Of a stretch of DNA of 60,093 nucleotides, positions 26,701 to 38,132 are shown one piece after another. The stretch is from Catajapyx aquilonaris (lineage: Eukaryota): NCBI GenBank assembly GCA_000934665.2, contig KZ538598.1:1-60093 (forward strand), written 5' to 3'. A program made the translations under genes and the position numbers. How positions within the stretch are numbered: position 1 is the stretch's first letter; the number at the start of each line of letters is the position of its first letter. The notes under the pieces are model-generated. The model was not told the origin of the DNA, did not search any database, and saw nothing but the letters and a program-made list of their open reading frames with translations.

Positions 26701-29700
26701 CCCCCTCTGAAACCAGCGCAAACGTACGCCTCCCCTATGGATGTCGAATGTTGATAATCTAAACATAGTTTCAATGGATGTCAGCTTCGGAATCTGTTTA
26801 ACGGAGAATCGATATCCCAGGACTTAATCCCAGGACTTAATACTCGCATTTCTGGCGATTTACATGGAATCCCCTCCTGCCCTAATTTCCTGGTCGATGT
26901 AATCAATCAATGCTTTGCAAGTGGCTTCCTGTGCGAAGGGTGCTGAATTCAGGAGCTTGAAGGACACAATCGGTCGTGGACATGGGCACCCCCTCCTTCT
27001 GATAAATTATTAGCCGGTTCCCTTTCGTAACTTGTGGACAACGGGCTCTTGACGTCACTCCAGCAATGAATATAATAATGGAACATGTTATTCGTGTCAT
27101 GGGGCACGCCCATTGGGAGCAGTCTATAAATGTGAACCGCCGAATATTATTTTGCTGGCTTCCTGGAACATTTTTCCCCCCGACATGTGTCTCCCATAAT
27201 GGCCCCCGATTTTCACACCGAGGTCAGAATTAATCTGGCAAAAAAGAAGCGCATGATCGGAGGCATTGTGCCGCATACTCTCATCTAAAACGCACCTCTT
27301 AACAAGCCCCTGCCGCGGTTAATTAGTCCGGAAATGAGGCTTTTCAGACCAGGCGACGAGCCCAGATTGCGGCTTCCCACACCCACTACCCGGAGAAAAT
27401 GGGGCAGAAGTGGAGGATTTTCGACATGGGACCTTTTTTTTTTAAGGTTTTAGGAGCCAGAACCCCCCATCGCGGGAGTGTGGAGTTGGCGCAGTCTGGC
27501 CTTGTAATTCGGCGAAACTGGGGGAGGTTTGGTCCGTGGGTGGGNNNGGGGGGGGGGGGGGGGGGGGGGAATCAATAGCCCAAGGAGGTAGGGGACGAGG
27601 CTTGGAAACGGATGTGGGGAAATGCGATTGATATCGGGAGTAAAAAATTGAAGGGGAGGGACAAGTTAGGACCAGGAAATTGGTTTTTTTGGCAAATGAC
27701 CGGGCGGGTGGAACAATATGGCCAGGTCGCGTGTTTCTGGCACGTTTTGAATCCGGCTCCAGCCTGGTACGGCCTGCCTGTGAGAGACTCCGGTACGCAA
27801 CGTGTGGGATGAGTCGCGTAATGACAGCACCTTTTGGGTCGCGGTCCATGGTTTGCGCGCGCAGTTGGGCGCCCAGATTGGGACGTCGCAGCAGCCGCCC
27901 CCTCCGCAACTCGACACTCGGAGAAGAGGGCTGCTGCAGTGTTGGTTGGTGCGTGTCGGCCATGTTTCGAGACTTGCCCAGGATACAGTGTAGGTGGTTG
28001 TCTGCCCTCATTACCGGTTTTATTAGGCTTGACTCGGAGCCAAGTCATACACGGAGTATAAACACGCGGGGGGGTTTGGCGGGTGTCCAACGTGCTGCTT
28101 CTTTAGTCATGGGATGCAAGGAGGGTTCGGGTGGGTGGGGGGGACCGGCCACGTGGGATTGTATCGCGTGCCAAGGTGCTAAGGGTTTTTGGTGCAGTGC
28201 AGAGAGAGACGTCCGATCCTCCCACCCAAGAGCCAAGAGCGATGGTAATCGGCGGATCGAAACCGGCTGAATGATTCAGGACCGTTACTGTACAAGTACA
28301 ATGCCTGCTGTCAAAATTAAGATGGGCGACTGTCCACTGGGGGACTATCCACTGTCCACTCAATACCTGCTGGATATGAATACAGCATGCGGCATTTATG
28401 AATAGTGCAGTGGCTATATTCTGGTATCGCCCATACCTGGCCTAGTCGGACATGACCTGGCTGGAGGAGAGGAGAGAATACAAGGGCAAGGGGCTACTCG
28501 GGAGGAGAGACGTGGGGGCTAGTCTGTCCGGAGGGGCCGGCCCTGGTCGGGCTTGGGCCAGGCTGGTGTGGAAGAGCAGGCAGAAGCCTATAAGCAGGCG
28601 AGTACATTCCTTATCGAGATTTCAATCGGCGAGGAATGCGGGCGCCGTAAGAGAACGAGAAGAAGATTGGAATTCCATACCAGCACCCCCCAATGTCTGC
28701 TAATGCCATTGGGGACCAGACTCCTCCATCATCATCATCATCCCCCAATAAAGGCGGACCACATCAGCTCGGATGCTAAATCGGTGTTTGCTGATCGGTT
28801 CTGTCGAAACAATCCTCTGGTGACGTGACCTTTGTGGGGACGCGTGTGCACCGCGGTTTCCCCGGGACCTACATGATGCATGCACATTGAACGCCAGCAA
28901 ATATTTGCGTGTTGACACGGATCCCCCTTTTGCCTGAACATTCCAAGGAGACTGAATCAAGAGGGGCCGGAGGATCGATCCCTGGGATGCTGCGCTTTGT
29001 GGAGGGGATTCGGTCCCCCTGTAATCCTTTGCATTAATAATTAGCCGCGCCGGACGGAATTAAGTCTCGGCGGGGGCACATATACACGGTGTTTATTACG
29101 GGCAGGGCTTATCGACCCGGAGGTTGTGTGTGGGGGATAGCACTATTTTTACATAGACTTGAGGGATGTTGGTCAAGGCATGCAGCCTTCGCCTTGAGCA
29201 CCGGGTAATTGGTAGGTTGTGTTTGGATCGATTCGAGGGGCGGTTGGTGGGGTTGGAAAAGCAATTTTTGGTCACAGGCGGTTAGTCGTGCAGCGGGCGG
29301 AGGAAGGGCCGGGTGTGTGCCGGCAGGATGCGGAGGAGGAAGGTCAGGGGCACTGTTGCTGGTGGTGGTGGTGGCCCAGGTCGGGGTTGCTCCCATGAGG
29401 AAGAGGAGGCGCTGTCTTGACCTCCAGATGCACAGGCGGCCATGCAGGGTTACGCCTTCGCAGACAGCCAGCCTGTTGGACCGGACCAGGTCAGGGGTTG
29501 TTGCGTAACAGCGGGGACACTTGCTATTGTTCCACCAGGAAGTGCAAAACAAGCTAATAAAAGCTTGGAATGGGTTTTGATAAGAGGTGCGGGAAGCTGG
29601 CGGCGTGTACACTACAGCTAGGAGGCTCTGATCGATCAGAGAGAGAGAGAGAGAGAGGCTCAAAGCTCCAGGAGGTGTGTTCCGGGCAAATGTACTTGGC

Positions 29701-32700
29701 CCGGAGTTAATCTGGCGCCGTCCGGGACAGCAATCTGCTACCAGGCACTCGTTCAGAGTCAATTTACTGCCCACGCACCTACCACTTGCCTCCCACCCCC
29801 TGGGTCCTAATTACAGCCCAGTGGACTTTCCAATCACACTGGGATAACTAGGTTTTTCTTCCTGTTTGCCACTGGGGGATGTCATTTGCGTAGAGGCAAA
29901 AAGCTGGCCGGGATTGCCCAAGGCCGGATGTGTAATCCAAGACTAAGGTTTTATCTGGGTGTGTTATAATGAGCCACATTGTGCACAAAATGTAACGTAA
30001 TAAGCCCCCTGCCTTGTGGCAATGCGCAATGATGGTCCCGATTGTCTGTTGCAGGGAGCCACGGACGGTGGTGTTGAACAAGGGCTCGTCTGGGCTCGGG
30101 TTTAACATTGTGGGTGGCGAGGATGGCGAGGGGATATTCATATCCTTCATACTGGCTGGGGGTCCAGCTGACCTCAGCGGCGAGCTGCGAAGAGGCGACC
30201 AGATCTTGTCAGTCAACAACGTCGACCTGCACACGGCCACGCACGAGGAGGCAGCCCAGGCACTGAAGGCAAGTACCGTGAGTCTCGCCCGAATTTTGGT
30301 GTATGTGATTGTTCCCTATCTCCGACCCCTTTGACCTGCATTCTGAAACTTCCGCAGGGTGCGGGGCAAACTGTGACCATCGTTGCCCAGTACAAACCAG
30401 AGGAATACAACCGGTTCGAGGCCAAGATCCACGACTTGAAGCAGCAGATTATGTCTGGCAGCCTCATGCGTACTTCGCAGAAGAGGTCGCTTTATGTCAG
30501 GTGCGGTAATGAGCCTTGAAAAAATGGGCGAGAGAGAGAGAAAAAAAAAAGAGTTGCGTGCCGACATGTAGAGACTAAGACATCCCTTGCCCTCCACAAC
30601 CACCACAACCCCCCCCTTACTACCCTACTCACCTTTCTTTTCGGAACATTAACATTTTGCCACCCCGGGCTTTTATGTGTAAGTAGACCAGAACTCCTAC
30701 TAGCGAGTTTAGTATGTGTACTTTGAGGAAAGGAGGAAAAATAAAGGAGATAGCCATCTGTGGTAATGGGAAAGCGAATGATAGCAAGCTGCATGAGTCT
30801 AACAAAAAAAAAAAAAAAGAGAAACCGAATGGATATACCGTAGACATCACATCATAGGTGTTGCCTTCGTTTCCTTCTTTTTCCCTGTGTTTTCCGAATC
30901 CAGTGCGAATCTGAGCAGTGTAAAGTGCAGTGAAGAATAAAACGGATTAACATTTACACCAGAATGTGTGGAGATTATTCCTGCACAGCAGCTCAACACA
31001 AATGGAAAAGAAGAAGGTTGTATCTTTACTCATATGTGTATACTTAGGCTACTTGGGGCAAAGGGAGGGGTTTGTATGTTTCAAATAACAATAAACCCGT
31101 ATGCTGCAAAAAAATACCCGTATGCTAATGAACCTCTCATGCTAACAAGTCCTTGTATGCCATCTTGTACCAGTAGATGAGAGTTTAGTTCCACAGTTTT
31201 TTAAGTTTATTTTAATTTTTAGAGGTTTTATTATTATTTTTTTGTAAGCATGGTCATTTTGGGGGTCCTGAAACTGAGATTGGATTCATCGCAGGGCCTT
31301 GTTTGAGTACGACCCGAACAAGGATGATGGCCTGCCCTCTCGTGGGCTGCCCTTCCGTTACGGGGACATCCTCCATGTGACCAATGCCAGTGACGACGAA
31401 TGGTGGCAGGCCAGGAGGGTGCTGCCATCTGGCGAAGAGGAGGGGATTGGAATTGTGCCATCCAAGAAGAGGTGGGAGAGGAAGCAGAGAGCACGAGACC
31501 GCACAGTCAAGTTCCAGGGAAAGAATAGCGCCGTGGACAAGGTAAAGTCCACGCGTTCCATGGAGCGCATGCATGAGCGTAGAGGGCTAGTGGCTTTTTT
31601 TTAAACCCCCGTGATTTCTGGCCACACTCTTCCAACAGCAGTCCACTCTGGAACGCAAGAAGAAGAACTTCTCCTTCAGTCGGCGGTTCCCCTTTATGAA
31701 GAGCAAGGACGACAAGAGTGAGGATGGCTCCGATCAAGAACGTGAGTACGCAATATCCCAACAGTGGACAGTTAGGGACTTTTATTGACATGCATCCTAG
31801 TGAGACTGCTACCAGATTAAAGACATGCAAGGGGGTGCAACTAGTTCATGTTTGCATGTGAATTTGTGCCTTATAATTTAGTATCCAAGTCAGCACTAGT
31901 CCACATGCAAATTACCAGTTGCACCTTTTATTTGCCCAGCAGTAATGCAAAGCATGCCATACAAAGTTCTAAACAATGAAAGGAAACAAAGAGCAGTTAA
32001 AGTGGATACAAAGCTAGTCACACTAATCGTAAGGCATGGCATGTTGCATGGTTGTTGCATATGGAATGACTCTTGCATGCCCCTCTGCATTGAAACAAAA
32101 ATCAATGTAAGCTCTTCAGGTATACCCTGAGAGAGAGAGCTGATGTTGCATGCGACTTTTGGCCCCTGCTTGACGTTGATATTTGATCCTCCTCTTCTCT
32201 CCGATCTTGTAGACTCAGCCACTACCCCTACCGATGGTGACACGGCTAGCCTGCGTGAGTATGCCCCTTGAATGCTCTCTGTCTTATGACACAATGTGTA
32301 CCTTGCCTTCTTGTACAGTTCAAGGGAAAAGGGTTGACGGGACCTGCATTGCCTTGACCATCTCTTTTGCGTCCTATCCGGTCTCAAAATGAGTGTTGCT
32401 TTGAAAGTGTCTGTGTTTGGTGTCTTGATTGCCAGCTGGACGATTGTCGGACAGTCCAGTCATTCAAAATAATCCTGCTCTGAAAGGCAGCCAATGTTTG
32501 TGTGCTAATGAAATGATTGCACGAGTGTGAGATTGTCAGGGACGTCAACTTGGGGGACATTGTTTGCCCCAAAGTAATAACTGGCTGGTAGCAGACACAC
32601 TAAACTAACGAAAGAGAGAGAAAATAAATACTTCATGTCCTTTCTCTATTGTCAAACCCCCTCCTGCTTGTGCCAACAACTCACAATGTTGTTCCGTTTG

Positions 32701-35700
32701 CAGCCTTCATGCTCTGTTACACACAGGATGATGTACACCAAGAAGGTAGAGGCATCATCTTTAAATCTTTCCTCGGTCCTTTATCTCAGATGTTGCTCTT
32801 CATAAACCACTTCCGTGCTCAGTATCCTGGGTTAGGACAGGATGGAAAATGTGCAGGAAAGAGCCTGATTATATAGCAACAGTTGTATTGCTCCTGCAAA
32901 TTTTCCATCCAATTCCGAGGATTTTCCAATGTGTCTTTTGCATGATTGTCATGGCTTATGAGCTTTTGAGCCGGAACTTCGAGTAATTGCAAATTTCATT
33001 CATTTAGCTGGTGAAGAACAGGTGTTGTCATACGAGCCTGTCCAACAGCTTCAAATCACCTACACCCGCCCAGTTATCATCCTGGGACCTTTGAAAGACA
33101 GGGTGAACGATGACCTTATTTCAGAGTACCCCGAAAAGTTTGGCAGCTGTGTTCCACGTGAGTTCCTGCTGTCCAATGCATTTCATGTGCCTCCCTCTAA
33201 CTGGGAACTAATTTGACTGTTCGATGTCACAGACACAACCCGTCCTCAGCGAGAATATGAAGTTGACGCTCGTGACTATCATTTTGTGGCCTCGAGAGAA
33301 CAGATGGAGAGGGACATTCAGAACCACCTCTTTATAGAGGCAGGGCAGTACAATGACAACCTCTATGGTACGTCTGTCGCCTCTGTCAGGGAAGTAGCTG
33401 AAAAGGTAATGCCAACAATTCCATTGTGGATCTTCTCCAGGAACACCAAATTAACACTGACCATTTTCAGGGCAAGCACTGCATCCTGGATGTTAGTGGG
33501 AATGCAATCAAGAGGCTTCAGGTAGCCCAGCTCTACCCCGTTGCCATTTTCATCAAGCCAAAATCTGTTGATGCCATCTTGTAAGTTATTAGGCAGTATA
33601 ATTTATTTAAATGTTACCAATGTGGCTGTATGTAATTTCATACCATATCCTTTCACCCTCACAGAGAAATGAACAAACGCATGACTGAGGATCAAAGTAA
33701 GAAGACTTTTGAGAGAGCCATCAAAATGGAGCAGGAGTTTGGAGAATATTTTACAGGTCAGTGGCTTATTTAGGGATAGGTAGGTATGTTTACATGGCCC
33801 GGAAATTCTTGGGAATTTGCCTGGAAGTTTTGGTCCCCTGGGGGACATTCCTACTTGTTTGCATACATTCTGGTCAATTATACAAACATTTGCTCTAACA
33901 CCAACAGAATAGTGTAGTATTGTTTGTGGTTTAGAACAGCCCTCTCAAGCAAATGAAATGTCGCCTGGACATGGAGACCTGCTGGGAATTTAACACTAGT
34001 CTCTTCATTCGCCTATGTAACACGTCATGGACACACCTGAGAGACAGGCTAATTTGGAAGCTTTGTACCAGGATTGGATAAGATACCCACCTGGCTCATT
34101 CCCATTGGCTGATGTGTTCACATCATTCTCATAGCCAGATAGCCACAATTGCTTTGGCTCTTCACAACAAACAAACAGGCTATTTCTCTGCAAACATTCC
34201 AGAACAATTGAATAGCCCGATAGAAAATAGCAATTTGTAAACTATTTTAGGTACATGCGCAGAAGTAAAGTAAATAAGCCTGAAATTGCCATGGCATCCG
34301 TTCCTGGGATTTTCACTGCGATAGGACCTATGGGCAAAGCAGGGGTCCGAAAATTTCACTTTCGAGTTTGGCCCTGGTTCTCCATGCCATCCTATGATGT
34401 GATTTTCACTCTGATACGACAAGTTGGTGAAGCAGGACATGGTACTAAACTTGTACGTTGGAGTCCAGCCCTTGTTCTATTGGGAAAGTAGATAGGATAT
34501 TTTTGGATGCATGGAATAATGCGACAGGTGAATATACAGACTACAATCATGAATCCATTTTGTTCTATGGCATTACATTGTACTCCTGATTATCTGGGTG
34601 CGGATTATCTGCGCATGGCTAAAACAAAGCAAAGTCCAGAAAAATTGCAATTTTTGTCGCAAACAAAGAAATATAACAGAATTTTTCCAACCAACGTCCA
34701 ACCGTCCAATGTCAAAAGTCTTTACAGATTTCTTTCTGAGGATGCCAAACACGACCTCAATCAGCTACACCAAATCGAGTCTTTCGATAGTGATATCCCT
34801 GAGAACTGAGAGTAAAATAAAAATATGTTAGGCACATTCCATTGTACAGTACGTGATTGTTATTTCTGCCTGATCATTATTCCATGAACTCGAGAAATAT
34901 CCTATCTACTTTCCCAATAGAACAAGGGCCAGACTCTAAAATACAAGTTTCGTGCCCATTTCAAATTCCATTGCATCAAATTTTACTGCCTTTGCAAGAT
35001 TAATTCAAACTTAACACTGACAAGGTGGATATGGACATGCAGGCCAGATATTTTTGCCTATGATGTCACCGTTGATAAAGCTTATTGGACCTTCCAATAT
35101 GAGCTGTGAGTTTTTTCCTAATGTGTATAATGCACACTCTAAGCCGAAAGGTGAATAAGGACATGGGTAGGTATATTTCTGAAAACATGAAGTATATTTG
35201 AAATTTCGACTGAAGAAGATAAGTGTAGCTTAACTAGAGAGAATGCTAACATACCTTGCTTAGTTAATTAATGCAGCTTTGAATAGCACAAATCTCACAG
35301 AATTTCTCAACCTTTGCTGTAGCGTTTCAAATAGTCTGGAGTTCGGAACAATTTTGTGGGGTAAAGTGTGACATTCAAAAAACCTCTGTTGCTATTCTGC
35401 TAAACATCACATCCTGCGGGCAGCATGTCTTCATTGTCATCAAGCAGTACAGTGTGTAAATTAATGACCAGAAGGGATTATTATTATGGGCATACCTGCC
35501 AGGGATCCCGTGATATACAATCAATGACTCGAATTGTCGCCTGGAGACTGCCTGGAAGCGCACATTTCCAATGCTATTTATGCAAGCAATTTCAGAATAT
35601 CCTCAGGTGACTGTTCACATCTCATATTGGATAAGTGACATTGCACTGTGTGATGTGGATTCAGGCAGTAGTAAACCTCAACAGGGCAATAACTATAGTA

Positions 35701-36078
35701 CGTTGCTATTGATCAATTTACAAAATTTAAATTTCCAATGGATCGCAATATGTTCATTGGTAGGTGGTGAGCAAGCTCGCGTCAGTAGTAAAGTAACTTA
35801 CTAAATAATAATAATATGCACTAACTTGAGAACCCCAGAGATTAATCAAACTCATCCTTTCAGCATTTGTTAAGAACCTGCCTTGGCTGAAATGCTTTCC
35901 AACCTTTTCAGAGGGTCCAGCGACAGCAAATAACTTTCTTTTCTGACAAGTTTTCTTTCTCCTCCTGACAGCTATTGTGCAAGGTGACACCCCAGAGGAG
36001 ATTTATGAGAAGGTGAAGGAGGTGATCAAAGAACAGGCAGGGCCATCTATCTGGGTGCCATGCAAGGACAAGCTGTGA
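23716..36078 (+). CDS. dlg1: Discs large 1 (MAGUK scaffold; PDZ1-PDZ2-PDZ3-SH3-HOOK-guanylate kinase-like), spliced core CDS; N-terminal exon(s) upstream
   Basis: Phase-consistent exons: 23716-23751, 23810-24091 (PDZ1, [26 protein letters not shown]), 24722-24943 and 25427-25604 (PDZ2, [29 protein letters not shown]), 25699-25816, 30055-30268 (or -30277) and 30358-30500 (PDZ3, [27 protein letters not shown]), 31295-31541 (SH3, [27 protein letters not shown]), 31639-31741 ([17 protein letters not shown]), optional 32213-32254 and 32704-32745, then GK exons 33008-33157, 33233-33405, 33471-33580, 33665-33756, 35972-36078 (ends [12 protein letters not shown]). Recognised by close match to remembered Drosophila Dlg and vertebrate DLG1-4 sequences. 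Confidence 0.97.
32213..32254 (+). CDS. dlg1: dlg1 HOOK-region cassette exon A, 42 nt ([14 protein letters not shown])
   Basis: Pyrimidine tract CCTCCTCTTCTCTCCGATCTTGTAG, donor C|GTGAGT, symmetric phase 1-1, open frame. Confidence 0.7.
32704..32745 (+). CDS. dlg1: dlg1 HOOK-region cassette exon B, 42 nt ([14 protein letters not shown])
   Basis: Acceptor TTCCGTTTGCAG, donor AAG|GTAGAG, phase 1-1; peptide matches the [10 protein letters not shown] segment recalled from Drosophila Dlg isoforms. Confidence 0.85.
34441..34956. mobile_element. Non-autonomous DNA element (MITE) with ~88-bp terminal inverted repeats, in the last dlg1 intron
   Basis: CCCTTGTTCTATTGGGAAAGTAGATAGGATATTT (~34469-34502) recurs inverted at ~34895-34928, with imperfect pairing extending on both sides; no clear TSD. 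Confidence 0.75.
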
Positions 36079-38126
36079 AAGCCTTCACAATAGCCAATCC
36101 AAGATAGAAAACAATGCCACCCACCCCTTGTCCCAAAGTGAGAAGAGGAATGGGAAAATAATCGAGAAAAAAAATATATATGTTGGCAGGGGGGAAAGTG
36201 CAGCTCCGGAGGTGCAGAAATGGGACTGGATAAAATATGTCTCCTCGGCAGCACTTGGGATCAGTTACTCAGTGAGTAATAAGTGAGGGGTTAGTTTGTC
36301 ATGAGGTGGTGGGAAGGGGACTTTATACATGCAAAACGGGAGGAAATATCGATGTCATGGACGTACTTCTTTTGTTGTGGATTTGGACACGACAACAAAA
36401 AAGCACACCCTTCCCGAACGGGAAGTTTTAAAGGGTAGTGGCGGATAGTTTTAGCGGGTTTTAGGCCCCCTTCCCCATCTGAACTTTTCTCCTGCCTTTT
36501 TACTTTGCCCTTTGACCTTTTTCTCAAAGAAAAAAAATAATCATCCTGCTACACTGTCTACCCCATTTCCCTTGAGGCAGTTACCTCTCAAAATCCATAC
36601 CTGTACTTATCCACACCAAAAAAAAATAGGCCACATTTCCCACTTTGTCCCCCTCTGGCTGTGCTGCTAAGAGCGCAACATACTTTTTATGCTTTTTGCA
36701 AAGGAAATTTGTTGGTTTAGAATCTGTGTTGGGTGAAATTGCTGCTTGGAGACAAAGGATCCCAGTGCCCGTGGATTTCCCCGTATATTTTTACTCCCCT
36801 GGCATTACTTTTCTGGAGGCGTGTTCATTCTTGAAGTGTTTTATTATTGCAGATGTTTTTTAATGTAAAAGAAGAGGCAATGAGCTGACACTGGCAACAA
36901 TGTCAGCAGTATTTTGTGTAGTATTGTCACAACGTGCAGCTATTTGCTAAATTTCTTTCCGGGTAAGACGGTCTCGCCCTCTCTCATTTTTAAATAAGTA
37001 AACCAACATTTTACTGCCCATCCTTTTTAAGTTGCAATGACATGGTTTGGAAGGTTACAGTCACGTTTCAAGATATGTATTTTTGTAAGGAAGGTGAACG
37101 CTGGCAGGATAGTTTACCTCATCTGTTTTATTTGATATGGATTGGTGACTTTGTAACCAAACAGATCTGCTACGAGAACAAAGCCGAGCAAATCGGGCAG
37201 CGATTAAGTCTCTTTATAAATGCAAAGATACGCGTATATTGCTGGCCCTAGATTGGAATGAACTGTGCCTTCATTCCATTGTAATTTCCACACACTTTAC
37301 ACTATCACACATACACACATATACACATCTTATCTGTTGGCCCTCGTGCTAAGTATTTCATCAGCGTTATATCTACCAAGTATGTACTGTACAGTACGTT
37401 ATGTGATAGGAGAGAGGCACATGTGTTGAAAAAGAGGGAATTTTCTTTTTGATGGTTACATTTGTCTACATCATGAGAGTCTATGTGCTAGGAAGTTGGG
37501 AACTCTGGTGTTGCTTTGTTTGCTTTTTTCCTTTTCTTTTTGAGTTGTACCTTTTTAATGTTAGCAAAGGAAAAACCTTCCCCCAAAATTTGGCTTTTCC
37601 TGGTAAGAGTGAAGTGTGACAGTGGAAAAAAAAAAATCACTGATGGCAGCTTTTGTTAAAGCAAAAGAATTTTTTATCATCCCCTGGGTTTTAGGAATGA
37701 ACTGTTTCTTGTTGTTTGCGCGCATTTTTTACAAAAAAAAAAGTAATTCAAAAAAGCATTGCCCTTCTGTCCCCAGCCCAGTCCCTTATGCCGCATTATT
37801 TTTCTTCCATTCTACGTGGTTGGATGACCTCCGTGGAGGATGGGGGTTGGGGGGTGAGGGGGGAAACATGACCACGCATGTTGTAATATCAATGCCCCAA
37901 CTTTTATAGCCTCCTAAAAGAGATTAAAAGAGGAAATAAAACAATCATCACTCCACACAAAATCACGGAGCTCAAAAGTTTTGAGTGTGAAGTCGATAGT
38001 TTTTTCCCATGTGAAAATTCTTTAATATGCATAAAATCACTTGAAAAAACAAAGAGAAAACTCGCTATTCCCTATAGAATCCTTTCTCTTCATTGCTGTG
38101 GAACTCTTGTAAATCATTCAAGTGTA

Positions 38127-38132
38127 AATAAA
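38127..38132 (+). promoter_or_regulatory. Probable dlg1 polyadenylation signal (AATAAA), implying a ~2-kb 3'UTR; alternative AATAAA at 37935-37940
   Basis: AATAAA followed by G/T-rich sequence at the end of a long AT-rich, UTR-like stretch after the stop at 36078. Confidence 0.45.

Noticed and set aside
28109..28244. MGCKEG... ORF (myristoyl/palmitoyl-like start) after a TATAAA
   Set aside because: Nearest donor is phase 1, incompatible with the phase-2 PDZ3 exon.
32319..32392. Good acceptor (CCTTCTTGTACAG) suggesting a third HOOK cassette exon
   Set aside because: No convincing donor before an in-frame stop.
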